A program made the position numbers and the translations under genes. A model generated the notes under the pieces. That model was not told the origin of the DNA. It was given only the letters and a program-made list of their open reading frames with translations, and made no database searches. 64,000 nt of DNA from NCBI GenBank assembly GCA_041914265.1, contig JAYSDS010000008.1:8283-72282 (forward strand), in the 5' to 3' direction. Origin of the DNA: Roseomonas sp. Its GTDB lineage: Bacteria; Pseudomonadota; Alphaproteobacteria; Acetobacterales; Acetobacteraceae. Below are positions 20,830-29,083 of this stretch, one piece after another (position 1 is the stretch's first letter; every line of letters begins with the position of its first letter).

Positions 20830-21764
20830 CAGTAGCCTCGCTCGGGGTCGTAGAGATTCGGCAGCGTCTCGCCGCGCTGTTGCGCGGCGATGCAGGCGGT
20901 GATGTAGCGGGCGCGGTCGCGCCGGCTCGGAGAGCTCGCCGCATGCGGCGTCACGATGATCTTCGGATGCAGCCAGGCCGGGCTTTCAGGCTCCAGCGGC
21001 TCCTTCTCGAACACGTCGAGCACCGCACCGGACAATTGCCCGCTGTCGAGGGCGGCGAGGATGTCGCCCATCACCTGCTGCGACCCGCGGCCGAGCTGCA
21101 CCAGCCCCGCCCCGCGCGGCAGCTTGGCGAAGAGCGGCGCGGACAGCACGCCCTCCGTCTCCGGCGTCGCCGGCAGCAGGCAGATCAGGATCTCGCTGCG
21201 CGCCAGGAAGGCGTCACGCTCGGCATCGCCGGCGAAGGTCTCCACGCCGGGGATGGTCTTGCGCGTCCGCGACCATCCCACCACCGGGATGCCGAGGCCG
21301 CACAGCATCTCCGCCACGCGGATGCCCATCGCGCCGATGCCCATGACGCCCACCGTGCGGTCGCTCGCAGCGAAGGGCGGATCGTAGGATTTCCAGCGCT
21401 GCTCGGCCTGCGCCAGGGCGAAGCCGCGCGTGTCCTTGCACAGCGACAGCACCGCCCAGGCGGCGAATTCGCCCATGCGCTGCGGCCCTTCGGGCGGCAC
21501 GCAGCGCACCAGGGGGACCTTCGGCAGGTTCGGGTCGAGCAGGATCTTGTCCACCCCCGCCCCGCTGCCGAAGATCGCCTTGAGCTTCGGCATGGCGCCA
21601 AGCCGGCCGGGTTCCGGGTCCCACACCAAGGCGTAGTCGACCTGCTCGGGCGCGACGGCGGGGTCGTCCCACCAGCGCACCTCGAGATCGGGGGCGAATT
21701 CGGCGAATGCAGTCGCCCATTCCGGCACGGACTTCTCGCCGCCGGACTTCACAACCAGAAGCAT
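20829..21764 (-). CDS. D-2-hydroxyacid dehydrogenase family (glyoxylate/hydroxypyruvate reductase A-like)
   Basis: ORF trimmed to ATG 21764 (MLLVVKSGGE). NAD motif VGVMGIGAMGIRVA. C-terminal IVTPHAAS. Confidence 0.85.
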   Translation of the reverse strand: MLLVVKSGGEKSVPEWATAFAEFAPDLEVRWWDDPAVAPEQVDYALVWDPEPGRLGAMPKLKAIFGSGAGVDKILLDPNLPKVPLVRCVPPEGPQRMGEFAAWAVLSLCKDTRGFALAQAEQRWKSYDPPFAASDRTVGVMGIGAMGIRVAEMLCGLGIPVVGWSRTRKTIPGVETFAGDAERDAFLARSEILICLLPATPETEGVLSAPLFAKLPRGAGLVQLGRGSQQVMGDILAALDSGQLSGAVLDVFEKEPLEPESPAWLHPKIIVTPHAASSPSRRDRARYITACIAAQQRGETLPNLYDPERGY

Positions 21765-21774
21765 GTCAGTCCGT

Positions 21775-22884
21775 TCAGCCCGTGATCGCGTCGATGTAAT
21801 CCGCATTGGCGCGCTGGTAGTTGGCACCCCACCACTCACCGTCCATCACCACCTGCAGGCGGGCATTGTCGGGTTCGGTCGGGTTCTTCCAGCGCAGATC
21901 CTGCGGCACCAGCGGCGCGGCGCGCGGGTTGGTCGGCCCGTTGCCGAGCAGCGTCAGCAGCCCGACCTGCGGTTCCGGATTGTGCAGCATGGAGGCGAGC
22001 AGGCGCTGCGCCCCTTCCCCGCCCGGATTGCCGCGCGGGATCACCATGATGCCCGGCTGCAGCAGCCCCTGGTTCCAGATGAACTTCATGCGGCCATTCG
22101 TTTCGCCATGCAGCACCGTGGCGCGGGTGTGCCAGATGATGCCCATCACCGCCTCACCGGTGCGCAGGAACTGCTCGCTTTCGCTGCCGCTGTTCCAGAA
22201 CACGGCGTTGCGGCGCAGATCCGCGACCTTGCGGATCGTGGCGCGCACATCGAGCGGGTAGAGATTCGCCGGATCCTTGCCCAGCGCCATCTGCGCGGCG
22301 TCGAGCATCGCGGTGGCGTCGCGGCGCAGCAGCCGGGTGCCCGGGAACTTCTGCAGGTCCCAGAAATCCTTCCAGGATGTCGGACCGCCATTGGGGAACT
22401 TCGCGCTGTCGTAACAGAGCACCGAGCTGAAGGAATAAGGCGCCGCGCCGTATTCCAGCGCGAAGCCGGTCGGCAGCGTGTCTTCCTTCTTGACGATGTC
22501 GTAGTTGATCTTCTCGAGCAGGTTCTGCCGGCCGAGCAGGAAGGAGGACGACGCCGAGGAATCGCAGATGTCCCAGGTGACGCGGCCGCTTTCCACCATC
22601 GAGCGGATGCGCCCGGCGGACGGTCCCGTGCTGTCCTGCACCACGTTCCAGCCCGGATTGGCCGCCATGAAGGGCTGGCCGTAGAACTGCCCGAAGCCCT
22701 GGTTGGCGATGCCGCCCCAGTTCACCATCACGAGCTGACGCGCTGCCTGCGCCGCCGCCTCATCGCTGGCGAAGGTGCCCACCCCGAGTGCAGCGAGGCC
22801 GGCGAGCAGCGTGCGCCGGTCCACCTCCCCGCGGCGGAACTTGCGCAAGGCCAGTTCGACACAATCCTGCTGGAAGCTCTGCAT
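21775..22884 (-). CDS. ABC transporter substrate-binding protein (PotD/polyamine-type)
   Basis: 369 aa. Tat-like signal RRTLLAGLAALGVGTFASDEAAAQA. First gene of the minus-strand transporter operon. GAGGAGAG SD. Confidence 0.85.
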   Translation of the reverse strand: MQSFQQDCVELALRKFRRGEVDRRTLLAGLAALGVGTFASDEAAAQAARQLVMVNWGGIANQGFGQFYGQPFMAANPGWNVVQDSTGPSAGRIRSMVESGRVTWDICDSSASSSFLLGRQNLLEKINYDIVKKEDTLPTGFALEYGAAPYSFSSVLCYDSAKFPNGGPTSWKDFWDLQKFPGTRLLRRDATAMLDAAQMALGKDPANLYPLDVRATIRKVADLRRNAVFWNSGSESEQFLRTGEAVMGIIWHTRATVLHGETNGRMKFIWNQGLLQPGIMVIPRGNPGGEGAQRLLASMLHNPEPQVGLLTLLGNGPTNPRAAPLVPQDLRWKNPTEPDNARLQVVMDGEWWGANYQRANADYIDAITG

Positions 22885-23044
22885 TACCGTCTCTCCTCAC
22901 TGCGCCAGACAATGCACGTCCCATGCCGCGCACGCGACGCGGCACGCCCATCATGCATCAACGGGCATGCGACCACTTGCCGTTGTCGCCGCGCCGGCGT
23001 GAACTCTCCCATGCAAATCACACCATGAGCAGGCTTTTCGGGCA

Positions 23045-24373
23045 ATGACCTCCGCGGATTCCACCTTCGCACCCGGCTTCAAGACAAGCCCCTGGTGGTG
23101 GGAGGCTGCCGAGCCGCCCCGGCGTGACAGCACCCTGCCGGATCGCGCCGGCGTGGCCGTGGTGGGCGGCGGCTATGCCGGGCTGTCGGCGGCGCTGACC
23201 CTACGGCGCCTGGGCCACGAGGTCGCCGTGCTGGATGCGGAACGCATCGGCTGGGGCGCCTCCTCGCGCAATGGCGGCATGGTCTCCGGCGGGCTGAAAG
23301 TCGCCTCGGCAGCCCTCGAGAAGGAGCACGGCCCCGATGGCGTGAAGGCGATCACGCGCGCCGCGGCGGCGTCTTTCCCCTTCATCGAGGAAACCATCGC
23401 GCGCGAAGGCATCGACTGCGACTACCTCCGCTGCGGCCGATTCGTCGCGGCCTGGACGCCGAAGCACTACGACGCCCTCGCCGCCCGCGCCGACTTCCTG
23501 GCCGACATGACCGGCATGCCGACGCGCATGGTGCCCAAGGCACAGCAGCATGAGGCGTTGGGCAGCGATCACTACCATGGCGGCATGATCGTCGAGGCCT
23601 CCGGCAGCCTACATCCCGGCAAGTATGCGCGCGGCCTGGCGGAGGCCGCCGAACGCGCCGGCGCGCGGCTGATCGACGGCGTGCGCGTCGCGGGTATCGC
23701 GCGGGAAGGCGCCGGCTTCGTCCTGACCACCGATCGCGGCCCGCTGCGCGCCGATGCGGTGCTGGTGGCGACCAATGGCTATTCCCGCGATGCGCGGGGT
23801 CATGCGGCGATGCCCTGGCTCGCGAAGCGCATGATCCCGGTCGGCTCCTACATCATCGCGACCGAGGAACTTCCCGCCGAGACGATGGACCGTCTGTTTC
23901 CCGGCCGGCGCATGATGGCCGATACGCGGCGCGTGCTGAGCTATTTCCGCCCCTCCCCCTTCGGCAATCGCGTGCTGTGGGGTGGGCGGGCGAGCTTCGG
24001 CCCCACCGCGCCGGAAGCTGCCGCGCCCGTGCTGCACGGCTTCATGTCCGCCGTCTTCCCCGAGCTGAAATCCGTCCGCCTGACCCATGCCTGGACCGGC
24101 AACGTCGCCTTCACCTTCGACTTCCTGCCCCATATCGGCGTGCAGGACGGCATCCACTACGCGGCGGGCTGCCAGGGGTCGGGCGTGGCGATGGCGACCT
24201 GGCTCGGCCATCGCGCGGCGCTGAAGATCGCCGGCGCGGACAATGAGGGCTTCGCGCTGGACGGGCTGAACTTCCCCAGCGTGCCGCTCTACAACGGCAA
24301 TCCCAACTGGTTCCTGCCGCTGGTCGGCGGCTGGTACCGGCTGCGCGACCACATGGACCGCGCCGCGGCATGA
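23045..24373 (+). CDS. FAD-dependent oxidoreductase (DAO family, PuuB/sarcosine-oxidase-beta-like)
   Basis: 442 aa. FAD motif VAVVGGGYAGLSAALTL. Divergent from the transporter operon. Confidence 0.85.
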   Translation: MTSADSTFAPGFKTSPWWWEAAEPPRRDSTLPDRAGVAVVGGGYAGLSAALTLRRLGHEVAVLDAERIGWGASSRNGGMVSGGLKVASAALEKEHGPDGVKAITRAAAASFPFIEETIAREGIDCDYLRCGRFVAAWTPKHYDALAARADFLADMTGMPTRMVPKAQQHEALGSDHYHGGMIVEASGSLHPGKYARGLAEAAERAGARLIDGVRVAGIAREGAGFVLTTDRGPLRADAVLVATNGYSRDARGHAAMPWLAKRMIPVGSYIIATEELPAETMDRLFPGRRMMADTRRVLSYFRPSPFGNRVLWGGRASFGPTAPEAAAPVLHGFMSAVFPELKSVRLTHAWTGNVAFTFDFLPHIGVQDGIHYAAGCQGSGVAMATWLGHRAALKIAGADNEGFALDGLNFPSVPLYNGNPNWFLPLVGGWYRLRDHMDRAAA

Positions 24374-25986
24374 ACGCGGATTTCGTTCTGCTCGATGGCC
24401 GCGTCACCACCATGGATGCGGCCGGCAGCGAGGCGCAGGCCTTCGCCGCCCTGAACGGTCGCATCGCCGCGATCGGCAGCAGCGACGCGATGCGCGATCA
24501 CATCGGCCCCGGAACGCGCGTGCTGAACGCCGAGGGCCGCCGCGTCATCCCCGGCATCGTGGACAGCCACGCCCATCCGGACGCCTATGCGGTGCGGCTG
24601 CGCAACTGGACGCTGGTCTCCCCCGACCGCGTGACGTCGCGCGACGCGTTGCTCACCGCCATCCGCCGCGTCTGCGAGGGGTTGGCCCCGGGCCGCTGGG
24701 GCGCCTTCTACCGGCTGAACGAGCGTGCGTCCGGCGGCTATCCGACGCTGGATGAACTCGACGCGGCGAGTGCCGGCCATCCGGTCTTCATCCTGCGCAC
24801 GGACCAGCATATCGGCGTGGCGAATCGCGCCGCCTTCGCCGCCTGCGGCATCGCGCCCGACGCGCCGGACCCGCCCTTCGGCGCCTTCAGCCGCGACGCG
24901 ACCGGCGCCTTCACCGGCCAGGTGCGCGAGACGGCGGCGCAGATCTTCCTCGCCGCCGTGCATGCCGGCGACACGGAGCGCGAGATCGCCGAGGGCATGG
25001 AACAGGTGCAGGACGAATGCCTGCGCCACGGCATCACCTCGGTCTCCAACGCCCTGACACCGACCCAGGCGATCCGCGCCTTCCAGATGATGCGGCGGGA
25101 GGGGCTGCTGCGGATGCGGCTCGGCATCATCGCCTCGGGCCGCGACGAGCCGTTGATCCCGCATCTGATCGGCGCGGGCATCCGCTCCGGCTTCGGCGAT
25201 GACAGGCTCCGGCTGATCGGCGTGGAATGGTGCCCGGACTGCTCCACCTCGGGCCGCACGGCGGCCTATTGGGACCCCTATGTCGGCACGCCCATCCCCG
25301 GCGAGCCCGTGCCCAATTGCGGCATGCTGCTCTATGACCGCGAGGACCTGACGCAGCGCGCCACCGCCGCGCACAAGGCCGGGCTGCAGGTGATGATGGA
25401 AGGCGTGGGCGATCGCGGCATCGACTTTGCCCTCGATGTGATGGAGGCCGCGCTCGCCGCGCATCCCGTCGCCGACCACCGCATGCGGGTCGAGCACTGC
25501 TGCAACGTCACGCCGCCGATCCTCGCGCGGCTGAAGCGCGGCGGCTTCGTCGATTCCTCCGCGACCGGTTTCATGGATGAGCTCGGCGAGGCCTATGTCG
25601 CCAATCGCGGCCAGGCGGCGATGCGCCACATGTGGCCGCATCGCAGCCTGATCGCGGCCGGCGTTCCCGCCCCGGGCCATTCGGATTTCGCGGTCTGCCG
25701 GGTGAATCCCTTCACCGCCATGGGTGCGATGGTCACGCGGCGCAGCCAGACGGGCGCGGATCTCGATGCGTCGGAAGCGATCTCGCCGATGCAGGCGCTC
25801 GCGGCCTACACGACGCTCGGCGCCTGGGCGCAGCGGGAGGAGACGGAAAAGGGATCGATCGAAATCGGCAAGCTCGCCGATTGCGCGGTGCTCGACACCG
25901 ACATCCTCGCCTGTGATCCGGCGGCGATCCGCGACACGCGCGTCACCGCGACCGTAGTGGGCGGCCTGGTGCGACATATCACCTGA
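24370..25986 (+). CDS. amidohydrolase family protein (amidohydrolase_3 / YtcJ-like)
   Basis: 538 aa. PGIVDSHAHP metal-binding motif. ATGA overlap with the upstream gene. Confidence 0.85.
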   Translation: MNADFVLLDGRVTTMDAAGSEAQAFAALNGRIAAIGSSDAMRDHIGPGTRVLNAEGRRVIPGIVDSHAHPDAYAVRLRNWTLVSPDRVTSRDALLTAIRRVCEGLAPGRWGAFYRLNERASGGYPTLDELDAASAGHPVFILRTDQHIGVANRAAFAACGIAPDAPDPPFGAFSRDATGAFTGQVRETAAQIFLAAVHAGDTEREIAEGMEQVQDECLRHGITSVSNALTPTQAIRAFQMMRREGLLRMRLGIIASGRDEPLIPHLIGAGIRSGFGDDRLRLIGVEWCPDCSTSGRTAAYWDPYVGTPIPGEPVPNCGMLLYDREDLTQRATAAHKAGLQVMMEGVGDRGIDFALDVMEAALAAHPVADHRMRVEHCCNVTPPILARLKRGGFVDSSATGFMDELGEAYVANRGQAAMRHMWPHRSLIAAGVPAPGHSDFAVCRVNPFTAMGAMVTRRSQTGADLDASEAISPMQALAAYTTLGAWAQREETEKGSIEIGKLADCAVLDTDILACDPAAIRDTRVTATVVGGLVRHIT

Positions 25987-26054
25987 ACCCCTCTTTTCGA
26001 GCCCTGTCTCCGCATGCGAGATTCAGCCATCCGAACCGCGCCGAGAGGTGCCGC

Positions 26055-26540
26055 ATGCGCCGCCTGTTCCTGCTGACCTGCCTTGCCGCCACGCCGCTTC
26101 CGGGCCTTGCCCAGGGCGTGGTGACGGAGCGCAACATCAGCGCCGCCCTGGCGGCCGAAGCCGCCAGCGCCGCCGTGGAAGCCTGCGCCGGCCGCGGCCA
26201 TCGCGTCACCGCGGCCGTGGTCGACCGCTCGGGCGTCCTGAAGGCGCTGATGCGTGGCGACGGGGCCGGCACGCACACCGTCTCCGCCGCCCAGGCCAAG
26301 GCCTATACGGCGGCGAGCATGCGCGCGAACACCAGCCAGGTGCTGGAAACCGTGCGCACCAATCCCGGCGCCGCGCGGCTGTCGGATGTCCAGGGTTTCC
26401 TGATCGTCGGCGGCGGCCTGCCGATCCGCGTGGGCGACGAGGTGGTGGGCGCCATCGGCGTGGATGGCTCGCCCGGCGGGCATCTCGACGAGCAATGCGC
26501 CGAAGCCGGCATCGCCCGTATCCGCGAGAGGCTGAACTAG
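26055..26540 (+). CDS. GlcG/HbpS-like (DUF336) haem-binding protein, secreted
   Basis: 161 aa. Signal peptide MRRLFLLTCLAATPLPGLAQG. Contains GGGLPI and GAIGVDGSPGG. Confidence 0.8.
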   Translation: MRRLFLLTCLAATPLPGLAQGVVTERNISAALAAEAASAAVEACAGRGHRVTAAVVDRSGVLKALMRGDGAGTHTVSAAQAKAYTAASMRANTSQVLETVRTNPGAARLSDVQGFLIVGGGLPIRVGDEVVGAIGVDGSPGGHLDEQCAEAGIARIRERLN

Positions 26541-26643
26541 AGCATTTCCGGTGAACTTGCGTTCACCTCCAAAGCTCCAGACGTTTGTTTGCGCGAGCAT
26601 CTTCACCTGCCCGGATGAGGTCATCCGGACAGGATCTGCTCCA
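26537..26643. repeat. 107-nt MITE-like palindromic intergenic element, copy 2 (opposite orientation to copy 1)
   Basis: ctagagcatttccggtgaacttgcgttcacc...ctgcccggatgaggtcatccggacaggatctgctcca. 80% identical to copy 1, with mismatches concentrated in loops and the central spacer. Confidence 0.8.
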
Positions 26644-26697
26644 GCGATACGGCGTCGGCAGGCACCATCAGTACGACGCACGCCGCGCCAGCCCTGA

Positions 26698-27789
26698 TCA
26701 CCAGGGCAGGGTCGAATTGGCGAGAATGAAGGCGCCGGCATTCCACAGCTTGATCAGCAGGATCAGCAGCGAGCCCCCGCCGCCGATCACGTAGCAGGGC
26801 GCGGCGATCGCGCGCGCCAGCCTTCGGCTCCAGGACAAAGGCAGGTAGCGCAACGCCGACTGGCGCAGCTCGTCGGTCCAGCGCTCGAGCGAGAATTCCC
26901 GCACCCGCGGCGGACAGGCCAGCGCGAAGAGCGTCGCCCCCACGCCGAGCAGCAGCGTCGACACCAGCAGCCAGAACGACAGCGCCGGCAAGGGTATCGG
27001 CTGGATCGCGAGAAGCATGTCGGCGAGATGCCGATCGACACCGTCCCGCAAGGACCAATGCCGCAACCGGGCGAGCTGGTCATTGTAGAGGGCGAGGCCG
27101 AAGAACAGCAGCGGGATCGCCACGAGCGCCGTGAGCGACGTGCCGAACAGCGGCAGGCGCCCGAAGGTGCGCAACCGTTCCCAGGACGCGAAGCGATCCA
27201 GCGCGGAGACCGGCGCGCCCATGAGGTCGCTGTTGAGCAGTTCCCGTCCCCGCTCGGCCACCTGCACCTGTTCGAGGCCGGCGCAGCTCGGCAAGCCCTG
27301 CACGTTGTACAGGCGCACATTCTCGAACTCGACCGTGTGGCCGAACCGGATGCGGTCCAGGAGGCAGTTGTCGAATCGCGAGTCGATCAGGCGGACCCGC
27401 GTAAAGGCGCCCTGGTTGCGATCGTCGAGGATGCCCCCGCCGACACGCCCCCGCATTTCGCACCAATCGAAGGCCAGCCTCAGCGCCACCGTATGGCCAT
27501 CCGCATTGCCGCACAGGAAGTTGCAGTCAATGAAACGGCATTTGTGAAAGCGCAGATCCAGCGCCCCTTCGAAGGTGCAGCGAATGAAGGTGCAATTGTC
27601 GAAGGATGCGACCTCCTTGAGCTTGGTCGCATCGAAGAACTCGGCTTCGAAGCGGCGCCGATCAATGCCCGGCCAACCAATCCGCTCGGGCATGTCGCGG
27701 CCATCGCTATCCAGATGGCCGATCAGGGCACCCTTCGCCCATCGCGGCTGCGGCGCATACAGGTCGTCGGTGCGCCAGAACCAACCCAC
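26698..27789 (-). CDS. pentapeptide-repeat-like domain membrane protein, function unknown
   Basis: ORF 26698..27825 starts at a GTG. I prefer GTG 27789, which is preceded by GGGAGAG. The N-terminal half has Cys/Phe-rich pentapeptide-like repeats (NCTFIRCTFEGALDLRFHKCRFIDCNFLCG...RLIDSRFDNCLLDRIRF). The C-terminal half has 3-4 predicted TM helices. Confidence 0.65.
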   Translation of the reverse strand: MGWFWRTDDLYAPQPRWAKGALIGHLDSDGRDMPERIGWPGIDRRRFEAEFFDATKLKEVASFDNCTFIRCTFEGALDLRFHKCRFIDCNFLCGNADGHTVALRLAFDWCEMRGRVGGGILDDRNQGAFTRVRLIDSRFDNCLLDRIRFGHTVEFENVRLYNVQGLPSCAGLEQVQVAERGRELLNSDLMGAPVSALDRFASWERLRTFGRLPLFGTSLTALVAIPLLFFGLALYNDQLARLRHWSLRDGVDRHLADMLLAIQPIPLPALSFWLLVSTLLLGVGATLFALACPPRVREFSLERWTDELRQSALRYLPLSWSRRLARAIAAPCYVIGGGGSLLILLIKLWNAGAFILANSTLPW

Positions 27790-27887
27790 GCCGGACTCTC
27801 CCGCGCTTGCTCCTTGGCCAGGCACGGGATGTTACGCGGGCTTCCACGAAACGCCAGCCGTTCACGGCCGGCCGACCGGGGGCTTTG

Positions 27888-28325
27888 CTAACGCTTCAGC
27901 GCGAGCCGCTTGGCCGCGGCACCGGTCGCGCGCGCGGCGAAGCGGTCCAGCACATCCTGCGGCCAGGCGCCGACGCGCCGGGCGTTCAGATCGACGCAGA
28001 GATACAGCACCTCATTCTCCGCCGCCTCCCAGCCCTCATCGGCATGGACCATGGCGTGGCGGCAGAGCAGGCGCTTCGAATCGAAGGACAGCACCTCGCT
28101 GTCGAAGGCGAGCGGCGCGCCCTCCGTCACCTCGCGCGTATAGGCCTGCCAGGATTCGGCGGCGAAGGTGCCGAGGCCCTTCTCCCGAAATCCCGGCCCC
28201 AGCCCCAGCGACGGCCAGAGCGCGTCCGTCGCGAGGTCGAAGGCCACCAGGTAATAGGCGAGGTTCATGTGCCCGTAATGGTCGACCCATTGGGGCAGCA
28301 CGTGACAGAGAGGCGCGCGCGTCAC
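27888..28325 (-). CDS. hotdog-fold acyl-CoA thioesterase (4HBT family)
   Basis: 145 aa with a GTG start. VLPQWVDHYGHMNLAYY matches the N-terminal catalytic region of 4HBT-type thioesterases. Confidence 0.75.
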   Translation of the reverse strand: MTRAPLCHVLPQWVDHYGHMNLAYYLVAFDLATDALWPSLGLGPGFREKGLGTFAAESWQAYTREVTEGAPLAFDSEVLSFDSKRLLCRHAMVHADEGWEAAENEVLYLCVDLNARRVGAWPQDVLDRFAARATGAAAKRLALKR

Positions 28326-28327
28326 GA

Positions 28328-29035
28328 TCAGTGAATGTCCTCGGACTGCGACAGGGCCTGCTTCAGCATCTCGACGTTGAAGCCGCGCGTCTTGACCATG
28401 TCGAGGATCACCTTCTCCTTCCGCGCGCCGAGATCGATCGCGGCCGGGATCTTGGTCACCACGTCATGCGGGATCACCACGGCACCGTGCCGGTCGGCAT
28501 GCACCACGTCGTCGTGCTTCACCTGCATGCCATGGATCGTCACCTCGCCCTTCAGCGAGACGATGTGGACATAGGCGTGGGAGGGATTCACCACCCCCGC
28601 GATGCCCTGGAAGCCGGGTGCGAACATGTCGAGGTCCCGCACCGACCCGTTGGTCACCACGCCCTGCGCGCCGAGGCCCTGATGCACGGCCGAATTCACC
28701 TCGCCCCAGAAGGCGCCCACGCCGGGCGTGTCATCAAGGTCCTGCAGGCAGACCACGGTCGGCAGCGCGGCATCGGCGACGTATTCGTACCAGGCGATGC
28801 GCATCGCCTTGTCGCCTTCCTTGCTGCGGCCCGACGGGAAGGCCGCGCGCTGCGTGCCGGTGCGCGCCAGGCCGCAGATCGGCGGCAGCTTCGGGTCCAC
28901 CGCGGTCATCGGCCGCACGGTGAAGCCATAGCCGCGGCGCTGCGGCGCAACGACCTCGAGGGCATTGCAGATGGTGGGCGTGTCCCATTGGCGCAGCGCC
29001 TCGAGGTCCGCTGCGGTGAAGGGGTATTGGGTCAT
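28328..29035 (-). CDS. RraA family protein (RraA / HMG-CHA aldolase-like)
   Basis: 235 aa. Contains WDTPTICNALE and GAFWGEVNSAVHQGLGAQGVVTNGSVRD. GGAGGAG SD. Confidence 0.8.
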   Translation of the reverse strand: MTQYPFTAADLEALRQWDTPTICNALEVVAPQRRGYGFTVRPMTAVDPKLPPICGLARTGTQRAAFPSGRSKEGDKAMRIAWYEYVADAALPTVVCLQDLDDTPGVGAFWGEVNSAVHQGLGAQGVVTNGSVRDLDMFAPGFQGIAGVVNPSHAYVHIVSLKGEVTIHGMQVKHDDVVHADRHGAVVIPHDVVTKIPAAIDLGARKEKVILDMVKTRGFNVEMLKQALSQSEDIH

Positions 29036-29083
29036 GGATCGTCTCCTCCAAGACCCGCAGGATCGACCAGCCCCGCGCGCCGG

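Noticed and set aside
22885-23044. The 160-nt divergent leader of the amidinotransferase/ABC operon, checked for a guanidine (ykkC-type) or other riboswitch.
   Set aside because: I could not find the conserved ykkC/guanidine-I sequence blocks or any convincing multi-stem architecture by eye. Only short palindromic fragments (GCATGC, ATGCAT) are present. A proper cmscan run would be needed to exclude it fully.
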